Virus record (IMG/VR): IMGVR_UViG_3300032302_000065 | Reading direction: 5' to 3' (one strand) | DNA length: 64,000 bases | Source of the DNA: a virus | Taxonomy: Duplodnaviria; Caudoviricetes | Shown here: piece after piece, positions 1-10,204 of the stretch | Layout of the letters: every line of letters starts with the position of its first letter | Numbering within the stretch: the first letter of the stretch is position 1 | Notes under the pieces: model-generated | Told to the model about the DNA's origin: nothing | The model's database searches: none | The model's input: only the letters and a program-made list of their open reading frames with translations | Made by a program: the position numbers and the translations under genes

Positions 1-47
1 TATACCATTTCGTTTGGACTCATCGTATCGATTACGCAATATTGGAT

Positions 48-1535
48 TCACACGGTTCCTCCGTAGTAAGAAATCAGCAATTCTAAAGCGGCAATGAGTT
101 TAATGTTGTTTGTAACATCTTCTGGATGCAACCATTTTCCGTCTTCATAATCTTCAAGTTCTTTTCGCAAATATTTTAATTGTGATTGCAGGTCCAACAG
201 AGTAATTCTGTCGGCGGTTTCGTAATCAATTTCTAGTCCTGTACTCATCATTCAACTCCGAAAGGTTTTAGCAATTTTATCTGCACAGTAATGTCCATCT
301 TTACCATTGTCGCCCATTTCTTCGCATATGTTTAGGCATTCTTGGATAATCAACTCGGCGAACTTTTCTTCACGGTCCCAATGAAAAATATCGCTGATTT
401 TGAATGCTGGAATACCCCAAGCCTCTGTAATAAGTTCTTTAATTCGTTCGTTCATGCGAATTCCTCAATGTCAAATTTAGTCATAACGATTTGACCCTTC
501 ACTTTCTTCGGATAAAATTCTGGTGCAGTCATTGTCTCTGCAACAAGAATTTTACCAAGTGCGATCCATTCAACAAGTGGCATTGAAATGTCAGTATATG
601 CTTCAAGATATTCTTGGCATTCAGCAAACGTTTCAAATTGTTTTGCGTCTAGTGTATTAGTCAGTTTTGGTTTTGCGAGTAACATAATTTATTCCTTATA
701 AACAAGTGAGGAGGTACCATCGTAACGTGAAATGTCTTCGTTCCATGAAGGTGGTTGTCCGCATTCAAAATGCGCTACATCACGACCTTCAATGTCTTCT
801 TCAACATCTAGAATATCAACTTCATCGGTATAATGCCAATCATGGCACCATTCGCAATAGACTTTGAATCTATCTTGTGCCATTTGGCGTTTGCTTTTAA
901 AACCTGTCATGTTCACTCCGCAGAAACTGGGTCTAAACAAAATTGTGCAAACTCTTCCCATGTACCTTCGAACAATGGTTCTTGGTCATATGGACTTTCA
1001 CCATATGGAAAATCGTGATACACAATCACTTTGTTTTCGTATACGTGATATTCATAATCTTGGCTGTAGTCACGACCAAGCACAGGTGCGTAGATATAAA
1101 TTCCACCAACACCATGTTTTAATTGAACAACCAATTGTGCGGCAAGGCAACCCATGCCATTTGCTTGTGCAGAATTTTTATCGCTATACCCATTGACTAG
1201 GGTTTTAGAATTTAAAAACTGAGCCAGTTCATGGCCATGCCCTGAAGGATAGCCATCGAATTGCCGATAGATGCACATGATTGGTTCGTTAGTTCCGTCA
1301 TCGGAATTGGAACCATCATACACAAAAGTTAAAGACCGAGTACCCATTACATATTCTCCTTTGCCATATCATAGCCATTCATAAAATCAGCATCGGAAAA
1401 CAACAAGTCATTCCAACGCTTCTCAACAATTTTCTCAACCCATTCAACTGGACAACCAACCTGCTCTGCAATTTCTTCGCAAAGCATAACTGTGGTGTCT
1501 AGTATCTCATTAATTTGAATTTCAATTTCGCTCAT
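48..1535 (-). CDS. Cluster of small hypothetical early proteins (48-251, 252-455, 452-685, 689-910, 913-1347, 1347-1535)
   Basis: Abutting or overlapping minus-strand ORFs downstream of the sigma70-like promoter at 1729-1756. Confidence 0.75.
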
Positions 1536-1699
1536 TGTGCATTCTCACGCATAGCGGAAACACCAGTAAACATGATAGCAAGACCAGTTACCGCAACAAT
1601 CATTTGAACCAGCAAATCGGCATCAGGATTCACTTCGATAGTACCAACGGCACCAAAGACAATCAAAAAACCAACAAGCATTCGAATAGAACCACGCAT
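1532..1699 (-). CDS. Small two-TM membrane protein (MRGSIRMLVGFLIVFGAVG..., 55 aa), not in the ORF track
   Basis: GGAG SD, ATG at 1699, TGA overlapping the next ATG (ATGA). Confidence 0.7.
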   Translation of the reverse strand: MRGSIRMLVGFLIVFGAVGTIEVNPDADLLVQMIVAVTGLAIMFTGVSAMRENAQ

Positions 1700-1728
1700 T
1701 TTAATCTCCAATCAACTGAACAAATTCT

Positions 1729-1789
1729 AGTATAACACAATAGGAGGGAATGTCAACAAGTTTTTTCACTCTGTTGTTTTTTTGCAACA
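1729..1789 (-). promoter_or_regulatory. Early sigma70-like promoter with upstream TGTTG-N8-CAACA palindrome
   Basis: TTGACA-N16-TATACT; palindrome 1772-1789. Confidence 0.8.
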
Positions 1790-2013
1790 CCATAAATTTG
1801 CCACAATTTTTCTTCACCGTCATAGTCATGTGCATAGACAAAAAGTTTCTGCCCATAAACGGTGATATATCCCCAATTATCATAAATATTATCTGGATCT
1901 GGTTCTACAGTAACGCTCCGCACAATTTCACAATAACCATTTCGCCATGTAGGCAATTTCTGTTTAAAATACTTATCATTTTCTTGTTGAATGATATAGA
2001 TTTTAGATTTCAT
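1753..2013 (-). CDS. Hypothetical protein
   Basis: ORF abutting the upstream gene. Confidence 0.6.
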   Translation of the reverse strand: MKSKIYIIQQENDKYFKQKLPTWRNGYCEIVRSVTVEPDPDNIYDNWGYITVYGQKLFVYAHDYDGEEKLWQIYGVAKKQQSEKTC

Positions 2014-2014
2014 T

Positions 2015-2764
2015 TTAAGCCGCCATCAACATAAGAGTAGGATATTTCACAAAACCGCTGGTATCTTTTTTAGCCTTGCCTTTAGCATACAAGCCAACAA
2101 TCACACCTTTGGGATCAAGGAAACGCAGGTCGGATTCGTCACCATTGAAAACTGGCAAGCCCATATAAGTCTCAGGCATTGGCAAAGTTTTCTTGATACC
2201 GAACACGGTAGCAACATTATAACCTTGTTGAATTGCTTTTGCAACATCGGCATCATTGCCGTCAGCGGCAGAGAATGTCAGGTGGTAGTTAACGATATCA
2301 ACAATTTTACGACCAAGAATCTTGGTGTAATCATAGAATTGGACTTCAGGAAAAGCGGTGAAAATATTACGAAAGAATTTTCCGTTACGTACAACCTCAT
2401 ACTTTTCAAACGCAAGGTCGGAAGTACCATTCAGACGGAAAACAGGAATCAGGTTCATCCGTTTGCTTTGTTTGATAGCCAATTCAATATCAGCAACAAG
2501 CAAAGTCATAAAATAGTTACGGGTTTCGAAAAACATTTTGGTTTTGCGAATACGTGCCTGTTGGATAACGTTAGTGGTTTCGCCACGCTTAAACATACCA
2601 CCACGACCAGCGGTGTTTAGGCAAGCGGCAGTACAACCAGCAGTACGCTTGGCGCAGGTTTCATAACCGCTCAAGTTGGCAGGCGCAAGGTGCAGAATGT
2701 AAGTATTGTAACCTTGGGACATTCCTTTCAGAACCTTGGGATTTCCAGTAGAGAGCAGTTTCAT
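2015..2764 (-). CDS. Gp88-like Cys-cluster (radical-SAM-like) phage protein
   Basis: C-x6-C-x3-C motif, RLNGTSD, FYDYTK and GDESDLRFLD motifs; likely start MKLLSTGN. Confidence 0.65.
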   Translation of the reverse strand: MKLLSTGNPKVLKGMSQGYNTYILHLAPANLSGYETCAKRTAGCTAACLNTAGRGGMFKRGETTNVIQQARIRKTKMFFETRNYFMTLLVADIELAIKQSKRMNLIPVFRLNGTSDLAFEKYEVVRNGKFFRNIFTAFPEVQFYDYTKILGRKIVDIVNYHLTFSAADGNDADVAKAIQQGYNVATVFGIKKTLPMPETYMGLPVFNGDESDLRFLDPKGVIVGLYAKGKAKKDTSGFVKYPTLMLMAA

Positions 2765-2797
2765 AAATTTCCTTTGTTTTCTCAATCAACAAAGTCT

Positions 2798-2884
2798 ATT
2801 CTACAGGTCCTACCGAGGAAGTCAACAACTATTTTCAGTTTTGTGGGGTTTCTACAACACCCCAAATGTTGTAAAAAAACAACA
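2798..2884 (-). promoter_or_regulatory. Early promoter with two upstream palindromes
   Basis: TTGACT-N16-TAGAAT; TGTGG-N8-CAACA 2842-2859 and TGTTG-N8-CAACA 2867-2884. Confidence 0.8.
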
Positions 2885-2886
2885 AA

Positions 2887-2990
2887 AAACCGCCTGATTA
2901 GGGCGGTTTTAGGCGGCTTTTGCCGTTTGGGAGGGGTAGGAGTACAGTCTAGGTCGGAAAGTCGCCCTATCGGCGGTTTAAGGGGTCGCT
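2887..2990. repeat. GC-rich periodic element, copy A (related to 15283-15378)
   Basis: Phased GGCGGTTT-like units around a central AGTACA. Confidence 0.6.
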
Positions 2991-3956
2991 GTATGCCAGT
3001 TTTTCATTGCTTTTTCTAGTTCCTTGAATGCCTCATCTTCCTCCTTAGAATATGACGGAATTGTGACAGTATTATTACTAGAATCTGATGATGTTAATGT
3101 GATACAAATATTATCAAGATTACTAAGATTAAATGCGGGAACAGTAACTGTTTGCATTGTATTTTCTGGTAATACTACTGGTTCTGGTTCTTCTTCAAAT
3201 TCTTCCTGTTCTTCTTCGAATTCTTCCTCTTGTGGAAAACTTTCATCACGAACTGCATCAAATACAGTTTGAAATTTTTCATACAATGTAGAATCGATAT
3301 CGTCAATCATACCTTCCATTGTGTAGATTGCAGATTGCAATACTTTAATGTCCACATAATTTTCTGTGCCAGCAACAAGAAGTTTAAAGAGATTTTTAAA
3401 TTCTCCAACTCGGATGATTGCTGTTTCTAAATCATTTAATTCGCCCCAATGTTTCATATTGACTCCATATGTTTAATTTGTTGATTGTTTTGTCGTGGTT
3501 GTTGTTCACGAACAGACTCTTTGATAGTGTTTTGAAATTTACTAACACTACTATCTATAAGCATAGCAACTCCAGAAGTTCCTGCTGTCGCTAAAAAAAT
3601 TCCAAATGCAATTCCACTTAAAAATTTAATCATGCTATATTCCAATTTATTTCATCACGAATCTCTACTGATTCAGAACCATCATATTCGTGAATGCGAA
3701 AAGCTGTACCGACAGGCAACCATTCGATTGTTAAATCGTCTGCACCACCACAGTATGTGTGTGGATGTACAGACTTAACATATGTTTCGATATCTTCTAT
3801 TGAATCTTTATTCTCAACCATATCAACTAGTGTCGGATCAAAGAGCATAAAGTCACGATTATCTTCGTCACCAGTATATGCCCATGTCGACCAACCAGCA
3901 CCAAATCCTGGAGATACTAGTACTGCAACTTTCCCATCACGAATAACTTTATTCAT
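2978..3956 (-). CDS. Three hypothetical proteins (2978-3457 acidic; 3454-3645 membrane-anchored; 3630-3956)
   Basis: Overlapping operon-like ORFs. Confidence 0.7.
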
Positions 3957-4567
3957 TAGTCCACCTTCATTGTATTCAATTCGCTAATCTTTTGTTCTTC
4001 AATCTTACCAGTTTCTTTGTCTAACTCACGGAAAGATTTAGATGCACGTAGTTGTGCGTAGAGTGCGGCATTACGTTGTACTTCAGCAAGCATAATTTTG
4101 TTTGATTCATCAGCAGAGAAACGTAGTCGAACAAATGCACGGAAACCACTACCTTCTTTCACAACAATAAAGTTTGTGCGTTGAACACCAACTAGATTTA
4201 CTTTAGCAACAATCAATCGTGTAGTACGTTCAATATCTGCGTTAGCAACACCTTTACCTAGAATGCCAGACTCAACTGCAAAGTCTTTCATCATAGCACT
4301 AGTGTATGAAGAATAGTTAGATGCAAGTTCACGTTTAGCGGATAGCATCGCCTTGTCTACTGCAAATTGAAAATCATTTGAGTATTCGGTACCAACACCA
4401 TAGATAGACGAATCATCTTTCTTTGGCGCATCCGCATACCATTTAGGATAGTCAACTTCATTGCTGAAAGTTTTAGTTTCACTTACACTAGGCCCATCTT
4501 TGATAGTGCTACATGCAGTCAAAGAAACTACGATTGGTAGCACGATATAGCATAAAAGTTTATCCAT
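3956..4567 (-). CDS. LPP20-like lipoprotein
   Basis: Lipobox LTAC; P-x-W, YGVG and A-x3-A-x2-ELA pattern. Confidence 0.7.
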   Translation of the reverse strand: MDKLLCYIVLPIVVSLTACSTIKDGPSVSETKTFSNEVDYPKWYADAPKKDDSSIYGVGTEYSNDFQFAVDKAMLSAKRELASNYSSYTSAMMKDFAVESGILGKGVANADIERTTRLIVAKVNLVGVQRTNFIVVKEGSGFRAFVRLRFSADESNKIMLAEVQRNAALYAQLRASKSFRELDKETGKIEEQKISELNTMKVD

Positions 4568-4569
4568 GA

Positions 4570-4698
4570 TTATTTTCCCACATTCTTAATGTATTGACCT
4601 GCTTGATTCAAGTCTTGTCCAGCGCCTTGCATTGCGCCACCCACAGTACCACAGCCCGTTAGAACCGCAAGTACACCCATAATAAAAAACAACTTCAT
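4570..4698 (-). CDS. Entericidin (EcnA/B)-like small lipoprotein, 42 aa, not in the ORF track
   Basis: MKLFFIMGVLAVLTGCGTVGGAMQGAGQDLNQAGQYIKNVGK: lipobox LTGC plus G-x-G-x-D amphipathic helix. Confidence 0.7.
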   Translation of the reverse strand: MKLFFIMGVLAVLTGCGTVGGAMQGAGQDLNQAGQYIKNVGK

Positions 4699-4699
4699 T

Positions 4700-5422
4700 T
4701 TACTGCCTCTCAATACTTACATGATGATTAATAACTTTTCTGCTAGAGAACGGAATGTCCTTTACCAGCGCCTCAAACTCCATTGTACTGTACCTAGGTT
4801 TGAAAGTCAAATTCTTATCGGTAAATAAAAACACCAGCAGTTCATTAGAATGACTTTTGCCATTTGGCAATTCAGCTTGCAGTTTATAATTAGCAGATGG
4901 AATTTGAATTTGTTTGTTAGTCTCCAGTACTTTGTCAGTATAGACCATTTGGTACTCTTTGTCAACTAGATTAAAAATGCCAACGGTACCGGCAATCCCA
5001 GAGACGGCTTGGAAAACAAATCGTTCGCCAACCTTCAATTGATTTTTGCCCTCAACATGAAACTTCATAGTATTGGTAATCTTCTCTACGTTCGCAACAA
5101 TGTCAACTTCACAAACTTGTCGATTCCTATCGGGATAAACTTGTTTGTCTTTTTTGATGATTGTTTTAATCTCACCACTTACTTCAGTATAAAGAGTAGA
5201 AAGCACGGTACACTTTTCATCTTTACAATTTTCGTTTTGTGCGGCTTCGATTAATTCACCAACAAAATTTGCAATTGCATTTTGCTTTGCTTTTTCTTCA
5301 GCAAGTCTACATGCAACATTCTCAGCAGTATCAGGACCAAATGAATACTCACCAGTACCTGATACACGTTCAGCGTGTGCAATACTTGCACAAAGCAAAG
5401 TCATAACAAATAGTTTACGCAA
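4700..5422 (-). CDS. Secreted/periplasmic protein (FlgT-N-like plus beta-sandwich)
   Basis: Signal peptide ending AHA; A-x3-A-x2-NA motif. Confidence 0.5.
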   Translation of the reverse strand: MRKLFVMTLLCASIAHAERVSGTGEYSFGPDTAENVACRLAEEKAKQNAIANFVGELIEAAQNENCKDEKCTVLSTLYTEVSGEIKTIIKKDKQVYPDRNRQVCEVDIVANVEKITNTMKFHVEGKNQLKVGERFVFQAVSGIAGTVGIFNLVDKEYQMVYTDKVLETNKQIQIPSANYKLQAELPNGKSHSNELLVFLFTDKNLTFKPRYSTMEFEALVKDIPFSSRKVINHHVSIERQ

Positions 5423-5885
5423 CTTTCAATCCTTTCAGTCTGTCTGCCGCATACGATGCCGCAAACGCATTTGGTTTAACCATCGGAACAACATTACATG
5501 TTCCTTTGATGTATCCAATTGCTTCATTAATCACACAATAACTTCCATGTATCTCATTCGGATTGATATCCAAATGAACTTCTACATCACGACCTTCAAG
5601 TACATCTGCAAGTTTGATATACAATTCAGAAAGTTTATACACTTCATTCATCAAACGATATCTTGGACGATTAACTTTTTGGTCATAGTCACGTTCACGC
5701 TGTACTTCACCAAACAATTTGCATCCATTATTTCCGTTGATATGAACTACGATAGCAAGAATGTAATCTGCGTACCACAACCCACCTATGTTAAATCTTT
5801 CAGAATCACAACCAATATAGATTTTAGTATCGGGCGTTTGATCTTCTATGAATTGCCGCACCTCTTCTAAATCTAATTTTCGCAC
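5415..5885 (-). CDS. RNase H-like YkuK (DUF458) family protein
   Basis: IYIGCDS, RLMNEV, EVHLDIN and AASYAAD motifs; GTG start after AGGAG. Confidence 0.75.
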   Translation of the reverse strand: MRKLDLEEVRQFIEDQTPDTKIYIGCDSERFNIGGLWYADYILAIVVHINGNNGCKLFGEVQRERDYDQKVNRPRYRLMNEVYKLSELYIKLADVLEGRDVEVHLDINPNEIHGSYCVINEAIGYIKGTCNVVPMVKPNAFAASYAADRLKGLKVA

Positions 5886-5909
5886 AACGTAACTCCTTAA
5901 TAAAAAACT

Positions 5910-5984
5910 TGGTGGGCAGAGAGAGAATTGAACTCCCACTCAAGCGATTATGAGTCGCCTGCTTTACCATTAAGCTACCTGCCC
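5910..5984 (-). tRNA. tRNA-Ile2(CAU), probable lysidine type
   Basis: Cloverleaf, GCGACTCATAATCGC anticodon arm, encoded CCA. Confidence 0.8.
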
Positions 5985-5988
5985 ATAT

Positions 5989-6071
5989 TGGTACGAGTGG
6001 AGGGACTTGAACCCTCAATCCGAAGCGGCAGATTTTAAGTCTGCTGTGTATACCAATTCCACCACACTCGC
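5989..6071 (-). tRNA. tRNA-Leu(UAA)
   Basis: Cloverleaf with long variable arm, CCA. Confidence 0.93.
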
Positions 6072-6076
6072 ATAAC

Positions 6077-6153
6077 TGGCCTGCCCTGAGAGATTCGAAC
6101 TCCCGACATGCGGTGTAGAAGACCGCTGTTCTATCCAACTGAACTAAGGGCAG
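6077..6153 (-). tRNA. tRNA-Arg(UCU)
   Basis: Loop CT-TCT-AC, CCA. Confidence 0.9.
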
Positions 6154-6174
6154 TTATTTAACTAATATACATGT

Positions 6175-6203
6175 AGTATAGTTGATATTGATTGTAATGT
6201 CAA
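6175..6203 (-). promoter_or_regulatory. sigma70-like promoter for the Arg/Leu/Ile2 tRNAs
   Basis: TTGACA-N17-TATACT. Confidence 0.8.
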
Positions 6204-6204
6204 G

Positions 6205-6280
6205 TGGAGCGGGAGGCGGGATTCGAACCCGTCTATTTCAGTTTGGAAGACTAACGTGTAACCGTAAACACTTCACCCGC
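6205..6280 (-). tRNA. tRNA-Gly(UCC)
   Basis: Cloverleaf, U73-CCA. Confidence 0.9.
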
Positions 6281-6288
6281 TTATTTTT

Positions 6289-6362
6289 TGGCATCCCCTG
6301 AGAGATTTGAACTCCCACCAACGGTTTTGGAGACCGGTATGCTGCCGTTACACTAAGGAGAT
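6289..6362 (-). tRNA. tRNA-Trp(CCA)
   Basis: Loop CT-CCA-AA, CCA end. Confidence 0.9.
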
Positions 6363-6371
6363 ATTATTTTT

Positions 6372-7031
6372 TTATTTAACAACTTCACAATTAAATGCTA
6401 AGATAATTCTATCTTCATCATCTTTATGTTCCGAACTTTCGTGATATATTAATGGTGGAAATAAAATTAAATCTCCATCATTTGCTGGAATCTTTACCGC
6501 TGGTATTGTATATTTTGTTAAAGCCAGTACTTCTTTGTATCGTGCGAAATATGAAGAATCTCTTCCTTGATTTCGACTTTTTCTCGGAAGTAAATCGATA
6601 AATGGATTTGGATTGTGCAAAATTGTTTCACCCCCATTTCCTTTTTTAATATAAAGAACTCCAGAAACTACGGCAGGATGTGCATGTATATGTTTTTGTG
6701 TTTTAGCACCACGCTTTTGTTTTGTGATCCATGAACGCCCAAATACACATCCTGGAATACCATAATATAATACATAAGAATCTACTGCACGTTGTAAATC
6801 TTTTTTTATATTGACACATGATGGAATTTGTGCTTCTATCATATCTAATGCATTTTCTTTATTCCAAAATGTTGTTTCGGCATTATCGGGACTACCAAAC
6901 AGACCATGATGATATTTTTGTGACTCGGACAAATTTTCTACAAATTCAATTATGTCATCAATTTGTTCTTTTGTCAATGCTTGTCCGGTAAAAACTGGAA
7001 TAGAAAATAAATCGTGAGACTTTAATTTCAT
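6372..7031 (-). CDS. Putative 2OG-Fe(II) oxygenase (TIGR02466-like)
   Basis: HxH...SGVLY...GDLILFP..I.H...RIILAFN. Confidence 0.8.
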   Translation of the reverse strand: MKLKSHDLFSIPVFTGQALTKEQIDDIIEFVENLSESQKYHHGLFGSPDNAETTFWNKENALDMIEAQIPSCVNIKKDLQRAVDSYVLYYGIPGCVFGRSWITKQKRGAKTQKHIHAHPAVVSGVLYIKKGNGGETILHNPNPFIDLLPRKSRNQGRDSSYFARYKEVLALTKYTIPAVKIPANDGDLILFPPLIYHESSEHKDDEDRIILAFNCEVVK

Positions 7032-7570
7032 GGATTTCCTTTTGTGTGTGGAAGATCAAATACGAATGTTATTCTATCTGTTGTTCCATTATTAATTGCA
7101 GAGTGAAACTTTTTATTGTCAAACCAGAAAAACGTTCCTGGTTCAATTTGATGCGTTTCACCATCAACTTCGTATAGATATGTTCCCTGTATCGATACAT
7201 GATATCTATCTCTAGTCAAATAGTATTTACCATCATCAATGTGTCTACCCACTTGCCCGCCAGGTTCAAGTTTAAAGAATCCTGCTCTTGATGTACTTTT
7301 TATTCCTTGACTTTTCAAGAACTTTTTAATTTCAGAGTACTTATCGTAGAGTGGTGTGCGTTGTTGTAGATTAGAATCTTTGATGTTATCGGTTGGATTT
7401 TTAACTTTACCCATCACCAATGGAAGAAATCCATATGGATGAGTTTTGCCCCCAATATTTGCGTATGTAGAAACTGCTTGCCAATCTTTAGGATTCGCTA
7501 ACAATTGTTCTAAAATTTTTGATACGTCAATGTCCTTTTCAATGAATCTAAAATTCTCACTCATCACCAT
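7028..7570 (-). CDS. Aspartyl/asparaginyl beta-hydroxylase-like 2OG oxygenase
   Basis: HID...RYH...WFDN..H.A.N...RITFVFD. Confidence 0.8.
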   Translation of the reverse strand: MVMSENFRFIEKDIDVSKILEQLLANPKDWQAVSTYANIGGKTHPYGFLPLVMGKVKNPTDNIKDSNLQQRTPLYDKYSEIKKFLKSQGIKSTSRAGFFKLEPGGQVGRHIDDGKYYLTRDRYHVSIQGTYLYEVDGETHQIEPGTFFWFDNKKFHSAINNGTTDRITFVFDLPHTKGNP

Positions 7571-8216
7571 ACTCCATCAATTCCATATTGTCTATTGGCG
7601 CAAAATTATATCTGTCAAAATGATCCGCATTTGTTTTACCTACAGGCATAATGTTTGCACCAACAATAATTCTATACTGAGACTTATTTGGTTTAGTGAA
7701 ATGTGATGCCCAAGATGGAAATACTAATAATGTTCCAGGTTTAAAGTCAAATGCTTTCTCTTTAACAAGCATTGGTTCTTTATTATGATTGACTGGTGGT
7801 TGAATCACATATTTTTCGAATGCCGAATTGTTGAAAACTGTACCGCCAGCAGAATTATCTATATCAAATGCATAGAATGAACAACCCAAAAAACTATTAC
7901 AATGAACATGATTATGATGTGATGCACCAACACCTTGTCTGGTTGCCCACATACTTGTTATGCCGCACTTGTCTTTATATCCCATATCAGCCATTGCGTA
8001 CTTTGCAGACTCAACAATAAACTCTGTCAGTTTATGAATTGCTTGATGCTTATGTAGATTTGGATTTGTAATTTGCAGACCAGAATATTCTCTAGCATCA
8101 AGATACAATGAATCTTGTGCTAAGTATTTTACTATCAACTCCTGATCGTTTTTAAAGTCGGGATACTCAAACTCCCATATTGGAGTATAAAATAATTTAT
8201 GTAATTCAGCTTTCAT
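7557..8216 (-). CDS. Putative 2OG-Fe(II) oxygenase (TIGR02466-like)
   Basis: HVH...GTLLVFPSW..H...RI. Confidence 0.8.
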   Translation of the reverse strand: MKAELHKLFYTPIWEFEYPDFKNDQELIVKYLAQDSLYLDAREYSGLQITNPNLHKHQAIHKLTEFIVESAKYAMADMGYKDKCGITSMWATRQGVGASHHNHVHCNSFLGCSFYAFDIDNSAGGTVFNNSAFEKYVIQPPVNHNKEPMLVKEKAFDFKPGTLLVFPSWASHFTKPNKSQYRIIVGANIMPVGKTNADHFDRYNFAPIDNMELMEYGDE

Positions 8217-8964
8217 TTTTTATATGTTTGTCTGAATTTAACTTCTTTGGTTTCTTCGTTGTACTTATGGATTGATTCGAATTCATCATCATACAAACCT
8301 AATTCTTCGCTGATACGAACCATTTCATCCAATGCGGCTTCTTGACGCTTTTTTGCAAAGGCTTCATAGTCTTCTTTATTTCCCAATCGATATCCTTTAT
8401 CAGAATGAATCTCTTCGGCCGCCTTGATATTCTTTTTAAATATAGCATCAAATCGATTTGCGTATTCTTCCTGACTTACGCTAAATGGACGTGGTGCGCT
8501 TCCTTTTCCGCCATCACTCATAAAATCACCCTATGATATTCGTAGTTAACTGTGTCTTCATTATCTCTGAAAACAACTGCACCATTACGCAAATGAAAAC
8601 GTCTAGCCAATTCAGTCTTAGGACTTAGCGTAACGTATCTTTGAATTTCGGGTTTGTTTTCTTTGATGTGTCGAACCGCATCAAAAATTAATGTGCGACC
8701 AGCACCTGGAGCATAACTCCAAATGGTATAAAAGATTGCAACAACAGGTTCAGATGATACCTGAAACAACTCTGTTTCTTTTGTTGGAATTTCTGTCTGA
8801 TAACTTACGCATGTAATTGCTTTCACTTGTTCATTTTCATCACGCAACACAAAGATATCTTTGTTGTCGCCAACTCTATCAACATGTGGAATATGAGGGC
8901 GCACCGGATCTTCATTCAGCATTCCCATTACACTATCAGTAAACGATTTTATTAGATATAACAT
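8213..8964 (-). CDS. Two hypothetical proteins (8213-8521; 8518-8964, possibly GNAT-like fold)
   Basis: ORF track; FYTIWSY..GAGR and F...NGA motifs in the second. Confidence 0.6.
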
Positions 8965-8994
8965 TTTATACTTTCACTTTATTTCCTAAATTAA

Positions 8995-9069
8995 TGGTGG
9001 AGGATGGGAGGATCGAACTCCCACTTCATGCTTGCAAAGCACATGTGCTCCCATTATCACTAATCCCCC
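8995..9069 (-). tRNA. tRNA-Ala(UGC)
   Basis: Cloverleaf, G3-U70, CCA. Confidence 0.93.
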
Positions 9070-9073
9070 AAAT

Positions 9074-9150
<77 letters not shown>

Positions 9151-9159
9151 TATTTATAC

Positions 9160-9234
9160 TGGTGCCGGATGAAGGATTCGAACCATCGACCTACCGCTTA
9201 CAAGGCGGTTGCACTACCCCTGTGCTAATCCGGC
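9160..9234 (-). tRNA. tRNA-Thr(UGU)
   Basis: Cloverleaf, CCA. Confidence 0.93.
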
Positions 9235-9247
9235 AAAAACTTTAAAT

Positions 9248-9322
9248 TGGCTCCAGAGGCAGGGATCGAACCTACGACCAATTGATTAACAGTCAACTGC
9301 ACTACCGCTGTGCTACTCTGGA
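9248..9322 (-). tRNA. tRNA-Asn(GUU)
   Basis: Cloverleaf, CCA. Confidence 0.93.
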
Positions 9323-9329
9323 ATGAAAC

Positions 9330-9405
9330 TGGTTGCGGGTGAAGGATTCGAACCTCCGTCTCTCAGGTTATGAGCCTGATAGTCTGACCTCTGACGTAAC
9401 CCGCT
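9330..9405 (-). tRNA. tRNA-fMet(CAU), initiator-like
   Basis: Unpaired 1:72 (A/A), GCGGG acceptor, CTCATAA loop. Confidence 0.82.
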
Positions 9406-9410
9406 ATTTT

Positions 9411-9902
9411 TTATTTTTTTGATAAATTATCATCTTCTGGTTTATCAAAAGTCCTTACTGATAATGTTTTTATTCCAATATTTTTACGACCAAAGAATTC
9501 TTGTACATTATAAACGCCTTTGTTTATATCAACTTGAGAATCATTATCTGCAAGTACAGTTTGATCTATGATAAAACTTGGGTCAATAATTTCATCATTC
9601 ATATCACGCAATGCATGAATACATGTCATAATAGTATCATCTTCTTTTGCAGTTAGTCTGTGTCTAATATTTTTTCCGATAAAAATAAACATGGGTGCTG
9701 TGAAAATTTTTCCAACAATAACACTACCATCTTCATTCATTTTTTCAACAAGAACTTTACCTTTAGCCAAAAGCGTCCCGTGGTCATATTCATGGTAATG
9801 TCCCAATTCCACATCACCAGCTTTTTTGAAATTCATTAGTCTGCAATAAACATTGCTTACTGCTAAAATTTTTACTTCAGGTCCATCAATATCTTCTGTC
9901 AT
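9411..9902 (-). CDS. Cupin-fold protein
   Basis: GHYHEYDH.T.L..G and H.L.A.ED motifs. Confidence 0.7.
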   Translation of the reverse strand: MTEDIDGPEVKILAVSNVYCRLMNFKKAGDVELGHYHEYDHGTLLAKGKVLVEKMNEDGSVIVGKIFTAPMFIFIGKNIRHRLTAKEDDTIMTCIHALRDMNDEIIDPSFIIDQTVLADNDSQVDINKGVYNVQEFFGRKNIGIKTLSVRTFDKPEDDNLSKK

Positions 9903-9943
9903 AAAATATCCTTAATAATTAAATGTACATATAATATATATGC

Positions 9944-10019
9944 TGGAGTGAGTGACAGGAATCGAACCTGCATTATACGGACTTGCAAACCGTTGCCTAG
10001 CCTTTCAGCGCACACTCAC
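9944..10019 (-). tRNA. tRNA-Cys(GCA)
   Basis: Loop TT-GCA-AG, U73 discriminator. Confidence 0.85.
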
Positions 10020-10028
10020 ATAAAAACT

Positions 10029-10104
10029 TGGCGGTCTTAGGGGGTAACGATCCCCACTCTTATGGCGTGACAAGCCATCGTGCGTCCATGAACACTTTAA
10101 GACC
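10029..10104 (-). tRNA. tRNA-Asp(GUC)
   Basis: Cloverleaf, G73-CCA, atypical T-loop ATCGTTA. Confidence 0.85.
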
Positions 10105-10110
10105 AAAACT

Positions 10111-10203
10111 TGGTGGAGTAACTTGGAGTCGAACCAAGAATGTTTACCACAAGGGGACGGATTTACAGTCCGCCGATGCACACGCCATAGCATCAATTAC
10201 TCC
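10111..10203 (-). tRNA. tRNA-Tyr(GUA)
   Basis: Long variable arm, CTGTAAA loop, CCA. Confidence 0.9.
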
Positions 10204-10204
10204 A

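Noticed and set aside
6077-6153. Possible amber suppressor tRNA (CUA within loop CTTCTAC)
   Set aside because: The 5-bp stem places the anticodon at TCT (Arg). The TAA, TAG and TGA anticodons elsewhere read Leu and Ser codons. Long genes are intact in the standard code, so there is no sign of recoding.
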